Origin: Longimicrobiales bacterium
GTDB lineage: Bacteria > Gemmatimonadota > Gemmatimonadetes > Longimicrobiales > Gaopeijiaceae
Length of the DNA stretch: 64,000 bases
Direction: 5' to 3'
Assembly: GCA_965197725.1 (NCBI GenBank)
Contig: CBDANQ010000059.1
Coordinates: forward strand, 106,005 to 170,004
Shown here: one piece after another, positions 21,990 to 30,958 of the stretch
Numbering within the stretch: the first letter of the stretch is position 1
Layout of the letters: each line of letters begins with the position of its first letter
The notes under the pieces: generated by a model
What the model saw: only the letters and a program-made list of their open reading frames with translations
What the model was told of the DNA's origin: nothing
Database searches by the model: none
Position numbers and translations under genes: made by a program

Positions 21990-22322
21990 ATGAGTACGCC
22001 CGCGACGTTTATCGACTGGCTCCAGGAGACGCTCGACGCCGATCAGCTTGCCGACTTGGCGCGCTACGGAGCCGACACCGGCTGGCCCGGCCTGACCTAC
22101 ACGACGGACTGCGTGGAACTGTACGACCGCCACGCTGACGAAATCCGCGAGGCCCTGAACGAGGACACTGAGTCGTTCGGGTATGATTGCCCGGATGCGT
22201 TCGTGGCCACCTTCAACCGCTCCGACATGCTTTGGACCGAGGACGGGAGGAAGAACCTCCTCGTCTGGTACCTGGCGGAGAGAACGGCAAGGGAGATCAC
22301 TGACGCCTCTAGGACGCCCTGA
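21990..22322 (+). CDS. Small acidic phage/plasmid-type hypothetical protein
   Basis: AAGGAGG RBS; 110 aa with about 23 D/E vs about 9 K/R; motif LARYGADTGWPGLTYTTDCVELYDRH...KNLLVWYLAE. Confidence 0.75.
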   Translation: MSTPATFIDWLQETLDADQLADLARYGADTGWPGLTYTTDCVELYDRHADEIREALNEDTESFGYDCPDAFVATFNRSDMLWTEDGRKNLLVWYLAERTAREITDASRTP

Positions 22323-22629
22323 AGGGCCACGAGAGGCCCACGAGCCCGCAACACCCTTCCCCCCCCCGGCGAGAACGCCGAGGGCTTTTCAATCCCATTC
22401 GAGACGCAGGGAGATAGAGAGATGAGCCGATCAAAGAAGCTGCCGAAGGTCCTGAGCCAGGAGGAGCAGGCCTCCTCCTGCGCACCGTCCAGATAGGTTT
22501 CAGGGAATCCCATAAGACAAGTGAAGTGGTTGTTAGGACATTACTTATGTTATACTGCCGTGTCAGGACGTTCGCCTTGTTCCACTACTGAAAGGGTGAT
22601 CACCGGGGTGATCGCGAAAGGGTGATCAG

Positions 22630-23060
22630 ATGGGCCGACACGGCAAGAAGCTCACCGCCGCCTTCGTGCGAAGCGTCCATAAACCGGGCCTGTACTGGGA
22701 CGAGCACGGACTCGTGCTCCGGGTCAAGCCGTCCGGATACAAGCAGTGGATCCAGCGGTTGTTCATCCACGGCAAGCGCCGGGAGTTGGGGCTCGGTCCC
22801 GTGCGGCTCGTCACGCTGGCCGAGGCCCGGGACGCGGCGCTGGCCAACCGCAAGGTGGCCCGTGCGGGTGGCGACCCCCGGGCGAAACAGCGTAGCGGCT
22901 TCCGTTCCAGCTTTCGCGACTGGGCGGCCGAGCGCACGGACGCGCCGCACGCGGTCATGGAGGCGGCGTTGGCGCACGCGGTCCGCAACAGGGTGGAGGC
23001 GGCCTACGCCCGCTCGGACCTGTTCGAGCGGCGGCGCGTGCTGATGGAGCAGTGGGCGCC
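22630..23060 (+). pseudogene. P4-like integrase with an in-frame central deletion (Arm-binding domain fused to the C-terminal tail)
   Basis: KLTAAFVR..KPGLY.D..GL.LRV...GKRRELGLG..VTLAEAR...GGDP joined directly to GFRSSFRDWAAE...ALAH...EAAYARSDLFERRRVLMEQW. Confidence 0.9.
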
Positions 23061-23633
23061 CCTTCGATCCCCCAGCTTCCCGTGCCGCTGCCGGGGCAGC
23101 GGTCGCGCGGCCGGTGCGGCCCCCCGAAACCCGCCGCCGGTGCGCCGATGGCTGACCCACCGCACCGCCATGGTCGCCGCTCGCGCCACGTCGGCCGAGC
23201 TCGCCAGCGGGCGGGCCAAGGCCGTGGCCATCGATAGCCGCATGATTGAGATGGCCGCGATCTTGCTGTTCACCGGGATTGGGACGAAGTCCGCCAACCT
23301 GTAAGAGGCCGCGGGCGATATCGCCGACGTTGGACTGCCGGCGCCCGCACCGCTCGTGCGACGTGCCCGTCACCGTCAGCCAATTGAAGGCGCGGCTGCG
23401 GGTCACCTCGATGTCACGCCGGACGGCGAGGAGCCGGCCAAGCGTATGGGCCGAAGCCGGGGAGGCCCCGACCGACCGGCAGCCCGGCCCTCGACGCCTG
23501 GCATGAGGGAAGTTCGCTGGGCAGAGGTGGTGGGATCCGAACCGGCGGTTTAACGTTAGTGATGCGCGGCTGTCCACGCCGGTGGATAGACCGTCACCCC
23601 ACGACACATGACAGAAAAGAAGGAGTCGGTCTC

Positions 23634-24941
23634 ATGCGAAAGCGCATCGTTTTTTCCGTCGCGGCGCTGATCGCCGTTCTTGCGACGCCGGGATGCAAAG
23701 AAAGTCCAACCACACCAAGTCCAACCACACCAAGTCCAACCACACCAAGTACAACCACACCGCCGGAATTCGAGCCCGGGCCGCTGGGTGCGGTCACTTT
23801 GGAGGCAGGCGAGGCCGTGCGGATCCGCATGCTGCTTTCGGTCACGGTCACGCCGTCGCTGGGGGCCGTGTCCCGGCACGGGGCCGAGTTCGCCGTCGAG
23901 GACATGGGTCCCGTTCACGGGCGTCAGGTCGACCTGGGCGATCCGGTTGACACCAGTTGTTCGCCGGAAGGCGGCCGCGAAGGTGCGCTTGGAATCATCG
24001 GGGACCCGCAGGTGGCCGGCGTCATCGGAACAATCTGCTCGGCCGCGGCCGTGGCGGCGTCGCCCGTCATCAGCGACGCGGGCTTGGTCATGATTTCGCC
24101 GGGCAACACCTCGCCGCGGCTCACCTCCGACCTGGCCGGCAACGCGAACCCCGACTATCACGCCGGTTACTTTCGCGTGTCGTCCAACGACCTCCACCAG
24201 GCACGCGCCCTCTCGGACTTCGTCTACAACCAGCTGGAGCTGCGGAGCGTGGCCACCGTTCACGACGGCGACCCCTACACGTCCGCCCTCGTGGCGGCGT
24301 TCGCCGACGCGTTTTCGGCCCTCGGGGGCAAAGTGCCGGCCCGGGCAGAAATCGAGAAGGGTGACACCGACATGACGGAGGTTCTGGAGCAGTTCGCGGT
24401 CGCCGGCCCGGACGCCATCTTCTTCCCGCTGTTCATCACGGAGGGATCCGCCTTTGCCGCGCAGGCCCGGGCCTTACACGGGCTTGAAGGGACGACCCTG
24501 ATTTCAGCGGCCGGGCTGCTGGTCTCCGCGTTCCTGGAAACGCCGCAGTCGGAGGGGATCTACTTCGCGGGGCCGGAATCGGACTTTCGCTCAAACGTCA
24601 ACGAGGTGACAGGACGGAGCGGGGAGCAGGTTCTCGCCGCGTTCGAGGCCAGGCACGGCGGGTTCCCCGAGTCACCCTATTGGGCGCACGCCTACGATGC
24701 GACCAGCATCCTCCTCTCGGCCATCGAGGCCGTTGCCGTGGAGGACGGTGACAGGCTGCACATAGACCGGGCGGCACTGCGCGAGCAGGTGGGGGCAACC
24801 GCTATGAGCGGCCTGCTCGGGACGCTATCCTGCGACCGGTTCGGCGACTGCGGCACGGGACGGATGAACATCTACCACCACACGGACAGGAGCGTCACCG
24901 ACGTTTCCAAGCTGCCGGTGGTCTACGTATACAGCCCCTGA
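23634..24941 (+). CDS. Branched-chain amino acid ABC-type substrate-binding lipoprotein (Peripla_BP type 1), orphan
   Basis: Lipobox TPGC; GVIGTICS, MISPGNTSPRLT, YFRV, AHAYDA. Confidence 0.9.
   Translation: MRKRIVFSVAALIAVLATPGCKESPTTPSPTTPSPTTPSTTTPPEFEPGPLGAVTLEAGEAVRIRMLLSVTVTPSLGAVSRHGAEFAVEDMGPVHGRQVDLGDPVDTSCSPEGGREGALGIIGDPQVAGVIGTICSAAAVAASPVISDAGLVMISPGNTSPRLTSDLAGNANPDYHAGYFRVSSNDLHQARALSDFVYNQLELRSVATVHDGDPYTSALVAAFADAFSALGGKVPARAEIEKGDTDMTEVLEQFAVAGPDAIFFPLFITEGSAFAAQARALHGLEGTTLISAAGLLVSAFLETPQSEGIYFAGPESDFRSNVNEVTGRSGEQVLAAFEARHGGFPESPYWAHAYDATSILLSAIEAVAVEDGDRLHIDRAALREQVGATAMSGLLGTLSCDRFGDCGTGRMNIYHHTDRSVTDVSKLPVVYVYSP
23702..23761 (+). repeat. 4 x 15 bp tandem repeat encoding an SPTTP linker
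   Basis: AAGTCCAACCACACC x3 plus one variant copy. Confidence 0.95.
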
Positions 24942-25745
24942 GCCGGTAGGCGGGCCGGTTTCCGGTCACCCGGAACTTGAAGTTCTTGTCGGGGCAGACC
25001 TTGGGCAGCGAACTCAGCTTGAGCCGGTAGTTTTCGGGCGCCAGTTCAAGCTCCAGGTGTTCGGGGGTTTTGGGGGGATTCCGCAACCCGAAGCGTAAAG
25101 GGTGATCACAGGGGTGACGGAGGACGTTTTATGGAATACGTAACGTACAGTATATCATAGATTTACAGCTTATATGACGGCGGACTGGGCCGCTATTACT
25201 GTCACAGTTCAACACGCGGTACGCGAGCCCGATGAGGAATCTGCTCATGTGTCGCCTCATGCTGGAGGCGGGTCTCCGCGTCGGGGAGGTCGTGGCGCTC
25301 AGGCCCAAGCATTTGGACATGACGACCTGCCGTTTGCTAGTCAGGAAAGGCAAGGGTGCGAAGGACCGAGTTCTGTGGATTCGTGACGAGTTGCGGGACC
25401 TAATCGGCGAGTGGCTCGGGAGGCGGCCTGAGTCGCTGTGGCTCTTTCCGACCCGAAAGGGAGGGCAGGTCTCCACCCGCTACATGCGCGAGATGGTGAA
25501 GAGGATGGCTCGGCGGGCGCGTGTCGCGGAGTGGGAGCGTCTCGCCCCGCATAGCCTGCGGCACACGTTCGCGACGGATCTCTCCCGAGAGACAACCAAC
25601 CTTAGGCTCGTCCAGAAGGCCCTCGGTCACGCCGACCTGAGCAGCACGATGGTCTATACGCACGTCCACTACGGGGAGCTGGAAGTGGCTCTGAGGAGAG
25701 CATCGTGAGCGCCCCCGAAAACTCGGTCAGCGGCGGCCATTGATA

Positions 25746-25823
25746 GCGATTTAGCTGCGATGTAGCACCGATTTAGCAGCCGTACTCCTACATAGTATAC
25801 GCGTATATATACGCGCGTATATA
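25746..25823. repeat. Three 11-bp tandem repeats plus a 29-bp alternating purine-pyrimidine tract containing an 18-bp perfect palindrome
   Basis: GCGATTTAGCT/GCGATGTAGCA/CCGATTTAGCA; TATATACGCGCGTATATA at 25806-25823. Confidence 0.85.
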
Positions 25824-26025
25824 GGGCTCTTGGGGGCTCTCGGTCCTCTCGGGACCCGCTCTTGACACCACGGGCCTCCAGAGAGGGTTAGGCTCCTCCT
25901 GAAATCACCAGCCGGTCTTTTGACGCTCGCGCCCGGACGGCGCGGACGGCATGGACGGCAGATTCCAGGAGTCTCGCAGATGCCACTCTGTAGGACGAAG
26001 ATTCTCGAAGGGAGGGCACGCCTAG

Positions 26026-27520
26026 CAGACCGTGGATAAAGTCCGGTCATCGCTGTTGTGTTAAATCAGGAGGACACGAGGGTTTTTGCAGCGAGGACGG
26101 CGATGGCGGTAGGCAAGCGGCCCGAGGCTCGGCAGGGCGAGATGTTCGTGGTGGCGAGCGAGATTCGGGCCTTGGACAACCCGTTCTACTGGGCCTTGAA
26201 CGAGCTTCTGGCGAAAAGCGGGTTTGACGAGTTCGCGGAAGAGGCATGCCGTGAGTGCTACGCGGACAATCGGGGTCGGCCGGGGATTGCTCCCGGGGTG
26301 TATTTCCGAATGATGATGGTGGGCTACCTGGAAGGGATCGGCTCGGAGCGGGGCATTGCCTGGCGGTGTGGGGACTCGTTGTCGTTGCGTGAGTTTCTGG
26401 GATACGGGTGGGCGAAGAACCCGCCGGAGCATTCGACCCTGTCGAAGACGCGCAAGCGCCTGAGCGTGGAAGCGCACGCGGCGGTGTTCGGGCGGGTGCT
26501 GGAGCTGCTGAAGGGGTCGGGGTTGCTGAGCGGCAAGACGCTGGGCGTCGACTCGACGACGCTGGAGGCGAATGCGGCGATGCGCACGATCGTGCGGCGC
26601 GACGACGGGTTGGGCTACGATGAATGGCTGGAGCAGGTGGCCCGGGCGTCGGGGATCGAGACGCCGACGCGCAAGGATCTGACGACGCTGGACCGGAAGC
26701 GTCCGAAGAAGGGCTCGAACAAGGACTGGGTGCATCCGCACGACCCGGAGGCGCGGATCACGAAGATGAAGGACGGCAGGACGCGCCTGGCGCACAAGTT
26801 GGAGCAGGCGGTCGACATGGAGACCGGTGCGCTTGTGGCGGTGACGGTGCAGACGATGGACGGGGGAGATGTGGCGTCGCTGCCCAACACGCTGGACGAG
26901 GCAGAGCGGCAGCTGGAAGTAGTGCAGGTAGAGCCCGAGGAAGTGGTGGCCGACAAAGGCTACCACTCGAACAAGACCATGACGGGCGTGAAGGAGCGGG
27001 AGCTGCGCAGCTATGTGAGCGAGCCCAACCGCGGGCGCCGGAAATGGAAGAACAACCGGGACGCGCAGACGCCGACCTACGACAACCGCCGCCGGATCCG
27101 CGGCAACCGGGGGATGCGGCTGCTGCGCCAGCGCGGCGAGAAGGTGGAGCGGGGGTTTGCGCACTTGCTTGTGACCGGAGGGCTGCGTCGCGTCCACATA
27201 CGGGGCCAGGAGGAGATTCGAAAACGGATGTTGATCCACGCGGCGGCCTTCAACCTCGGCCTTCTCATGCGCAAGCGGTTCGGGGTTGGAACCCCCCGTG
27301 CGTTACAGGGCCTCGCTACCGTACAAGCTGCGCTCGCAACTCAGGTTACAACCCGCGTCTCGCGCTTTTTCCGCCGTATTCGGCGCTATTTCGCCTTCCT
27401 TGGGCCGAATATCGCCTCGTCAGACCCCAAAACCCGCTTCTTGCACAACAACACAGCCCCCGCGTGTCTGCCTTCTCTCCCACCCATCATCCGCTGGGAA
27501 CCTATTTCTTCCACGGACTG
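26026..27520 (+). mobile_element. IS1182/IS5-like element, copy B1 (transposase ORF 26058-27524)
   Basis: Inverted repeats CAGACCGTGGATAAA / TTTCTTCCACGGACTG; CTAG on both flanks; DUF772-like GRP..P...SER...P.HSTLS and DDE motifs VDST, ADKGY, VER.F. Confidence 0.95.
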
Positions 27521-27772
27521 CTAGGTGCAGCGCTCAGCGACCCGTTCTGCTGCCTCGAAGATAAGGCGCCCCCGGTACGGGGCTGGTTCACTTTCCTAGC
27601 TCGGGATCTTCCGCTCGCCACATTCCAAACACTTATCAGGCCCCCGGAGTCAAGAGCGCGCATGTCCCCCGGCGCGTCGCGGAGCGGCGCGTAATGAAGT
27701 GAGCGTCGGTCGTCGAGTCCTCTGACTTGGTTTCCGTCAACAGGTGCGAGCACTTCCGAGCTCTGCACCAAA

Positions 27773-29229
27773 CACTTATCGAGGTTCAACCGCCGGGTGC
27801 CCTTCGAGGCGAGCTCGAAGGAGCGGCGGAGCAGGAGCCTGCTGTGGGCTCCTACGACCTAGAAATTCATCTGTGCCCTCGTGCCGTCCGACTCCATTCA
27901 AGGTGAGCAGGCTCGGGCCGTGAGGCGCCGGACCAGTTAGCTCCGGGCTCGGGTGAGGGGCAGAGTCCTGAGTTAGACCGCCTTCGATGTGTGGGGAGCG
28001 GGAGGAGGCGTCCAATCAAGCGAGGCGGCTGTCAGGCATCCGGTGCCCGCTCGAGTTAGAAATCGGGGCTCGCGACCTCCCCTCCCCGTCAGGTGCGTGT
28101 ATAGAAGCGTTCGGTGTGGAATGCCTCCCCGTTCTTGAGCATGAAGTAGGTGGCGCGACCGATGCGAGCCGCGAGGATGCTGAGCGCCTTGCCCTTGCCG
28201 TGGCGGCGCGCGAGCCTCTTGAGATGGCCCTGGGCCGCGGACGTTGTCGCGTAGGAAGAGGACGGCAGCCTCGCTGAACGCCCACTTGAGGTGTGCGTTA
28301 CCGATCTTGGCTCCTCCGCTGCCGACCCGCTTGCCTGCACTGCGGTGCTCGGGCTTGGCGAGTCGACAGTAGGAGCTGAAGCGCTGCACTGTGCTGAAGC
28401 GAGCGATGTCGTGGATCTCATAGAGCAGCGTGAGCGCCAGGATCCGACCGATGCCGGGGATGGTTCGGAGCCGCTCCAGCGTGTCGGAGTCGTGGACACG
28501 GGCTTCTTCTTCGACCGTACGCTCGAGTTCTCGGATCACGGGGTCGTAGCGATCGGCCAGGGCGAGGTCCGCCTCAATGGTCCTCTGGATCATGGGATCG
28601 TCGAACGCCTGGGCCAGTCCCTCTCGGTTCTTCTTGTAGAGGAGCTGACCCGGGGGCCGAGGCAGGTTGTACTGATGAAAGGTGTTGCGGACGTGGGCGA
28701 GGAGCTCGCCGCGCTTGCGCACGAAGTAGAGTCGGCGCCGGAGCACATCGCGCGTGGCTCGCATCTGGGGAGGATAGACGTAGGCCACCGGGAACGCACC
28801 ACCACGCAGCAAGACCGCCGTCTTGTGCGAGTCGATGTGGTCGTTCTTGGCCTTGGCCCCGTGGATCGCCTTCATGTAGAGCGCATGGCCGAGCACGAAG
28901 TGGATCTGCTCACGAGCACATAGATCGGCGAGCCAGTACCAGCAGAAGATGCACTCGCTGCCCACCACGAGGTCCAAACGGTAGGGCTCGAGGGCGCGAA
29001 GCAGTGCCTCGCGCTCACAGCGTAGCCTCTTGTGCAGTCGTATCTTGCCCTGGCCGTCCAGAACGCAGAGGTAGAGCGTGCGAGCGTGAAGGTCGATGCC
29101 ACAGTAGTATCGATGCTGGCCGGTGTAGAAGCGCATGGTTCCCCTCCTGGGTTGGATGGATCGAGCGTCGCGCTCTGATCATTCCGTCCTCTCTGTGAGA
29201 GGTCCAGGAGGGGGCCTGCATGAGTATCA
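27773..29229 (-). mobile_element. IS110-family element (DEDD recombinase 28089-29136, 1-nt frameshift at ~28235) with a ~310 nt 3' non-coding end
   Basis: YCGIDLH, ECIFCW, KNDHIDS, TIPGIG, SAG, GNAHLKWAF; no IRs or TSD; shared CA core at both junctions; empty site is a GCACCAAA...TTTGGTGC hairpin. Confidence 0.9.
27775..28088 (-). ncRNA. Candidate IS110 bridge/seek RNA region
   Basis: Long non-coding end downstream of the recombinase; contains TCGCTTG, the reverse complement of the insertion-site flank CAAGCGA. Confidence 0.55.
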
Positions 29230-29282
29230 AGCGATTTGGTGCGCATCTCCACGTGGGCCCCGAAGCCGGACTATCAAAAACA

Positions 29283-29745
29283 TCAGCCAGCCGCTGCCGA
29301 CTCGTTGGGGATGTCGAGGCCGGCCTCACGAAGAAGGTTGAAATACGTGGCGAAGAACGTACGGTCCGTATTTGGCCAAACTCGCTCGAAGAACTCAGGG
29401 GAGAAATCCGGCTGCATCTCTAACAATGTGCTCACTGCCGCCCGCGCTTCTTCGAATCTCCCCTGCCCGGACAACGCCGCGGCCAAATTCGCGTAGGCCC
29501 AAAAGCTGGCTCTCGGGTGATGTGACGCTAGCCGAGCACATTCCTCGGCCTGTTGAAACCGCCCCAACACGCTGAGGACCCCAGCTCGAACGGCCTGGAA
29601 CACCGGAAGATACGGGTCGTGCGGGCTTAGTTGCTCGGCCAACTCAAACTCAGGTACGGCTGCTTCCGGACGGCCCATGAACGCGAGACACAACGCAAGG
29701 CCGTAGTGCGCGAGCGCAAAGCTGGGCTTGGGGTCAGCACCGGTC
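29283..29745 (-). pseudogene. C-terminal TPR remnant (adenylate-cyclase/TolB-TPR type)
   Basis: PSFALAHY, LSPHDP, LAAAL...GRFEEARAAV..LL..QPDFS...LREAGL; no N-terminus. Confidence 0.75.
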
Positions 29746-30127
29746 CATTCTGGTCGGCACTATTTGCGGACTGTGTCCTCCTCCTGATCGTCATTACTTA
29801 TCGTTGTCTCCCGAACTGCTCCGGTCCGCATCCCCCCTCGCCCCGATTCGGAGGACGAAGCCGACCACCAAGCGGAAGTACCGCACAGGTTCGCCCCGGT
29901 CTTTCGCAGGCGCGTCGAGCACTGGGCACCGGCGCACGATCCGCCACCCGTGGTGCGGGTGGACGGCCCTTCCTCCACAAGTGGCCGTGTGACCGGCCTT
30001 CGGCGAGCCCTACAGCCGTCTCGATACCCAGACGACGCGACCTACGACACGGATCTCGTCGGCGGGGCGTTCGTAGCTGTCGTACTCGGCGTTGGCAGAC
30101 TTGAGCACGACTCTGGGTGGAGCGGGA

Positions 30128-30640
30128 CTACGGCAGTGCGTCAACGTGTGACTGGAGGGCTTCCCGCAGAGCGCCGAGGCGCTCTATAGCCCACGCTCGG
30201 AGGTCCGGCCAGCGGTCACGCTCCTCGACACCAATGTCGTCCTGATAGTAGCTGGCTATCCGGCTCGCCCGACGTGACTCCAGGCGCTCCCATTCTAGAT
30301 TCTCGCCGAACTGGTCTTCGATCTCTTCGCGCCGCCCCGTCAAGGCATCAAAGCGCCGAGTTGCTTGGTCCTGATCGTCGGCATCCACATAAAGCTCGAT
30401 GCGGAATCTCCTCGGAAGGCAAAAGCCCGCTGAGTAGGACAAGCCAGTCAGCGCGTCGAATAACTCAGCGTCAAGGTGCCGCCACTCGTCCGGATTCTGG
30501 AGGTGGGCAGTGTGCCTTCCGTCACCGGCGGGTCCAGCGTTGGGATGCAGGTACCAAGCGACACCGAGACGCTTCGTTCCTCGGATCGCCCTCAGGAGTG
30601 CGTACTTCACGAAATCTCCCACGTCTCCGACGTAACGAAG
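30128..30640 (-). pseudogene. Chimeric remnant: N-terminus of an RYVGDxGDFxKY-family hypothetical fused to a DUF4268-like C-terminus
   Basis: RYVGDVGDFVKYALLR...LGVAWYL...DGRH joined to RIELYVD...FDAL..RREEIE..FG..LEWERL..RRASRI. Confidence 0.65.
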
Positions 30641-30958
30641 GAAGAGCTCGTAGGTGCGGATCTCCAGAGCGCAATTTCCGATGAGCAGCCGACGCCGTAT
30701 GGGCGCAACACTCGGCGTGCGGCAATCCAAGGACGGTCGTTTCCGTGATGCTTGGCTTGGAGTTTCTAGTCCCGACGGCGTGCCGGTCTTTGCCGCGCGC
30801 ATGTGCCGCAGGTTGGCCACGCAGTAGAATGTGGGAGGTTAGAGTCGCATCTTCAGTTGACGACTTCGCGAACGGGGAAGAGTTTCACGATGGTACCGGC
30901 CTTCTTCGGACCCGACGGCCGATCTCAATCCCGCGCGGTCTGAGAACAGGAAGTAGAT

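Larger units (their letters stand above)
22486..25205 (+). mobile_element. Mini genomic island with P4-type att architecture
   Basis: CAC at both junctions; AT-rich IHF-like ends; arm-type repeats AAAGGGTGATCAC(C/A)GGGGTGA at ~22591-22629 and ~25097-25117; carries a deleted integrase and a solute-binding lipoprotein. Confidence 0.75.
22422..25708 (+). pseudogene. Small tyrosine recombinase (~188 aa) split by a 2.7 kb insertion (pieces 22422-22485 and 25206-25708)
   Basis: MSRSKKLPKVLSQEEQ joins in frame at a shared CAC to QFNTRY...GLRVGE...GKGAK...HSLRH...LGH...VY (complete catalytic set). Confidence 0.8.

Noticed and set aside
22528..22555. Second dif-like site (TTATGTTATAC arm)
   Set aside because: The XerC-side arm is poor, and the AT-rich stretch is better explained as the IHF/att region of the mini-island.
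23702..23761. CRISPR-like repeats
   Set aside because: Spacer-less 15-bp in-frame coding repeat; no CRISPR array or cas gene was seen anywhere in the window.
29960..30000. Cobalamin riboswitch (GCCAC...GGAAGG-like on the minus strand)
   Set aside because: The other conserved B12-element blocks are not recognisable.
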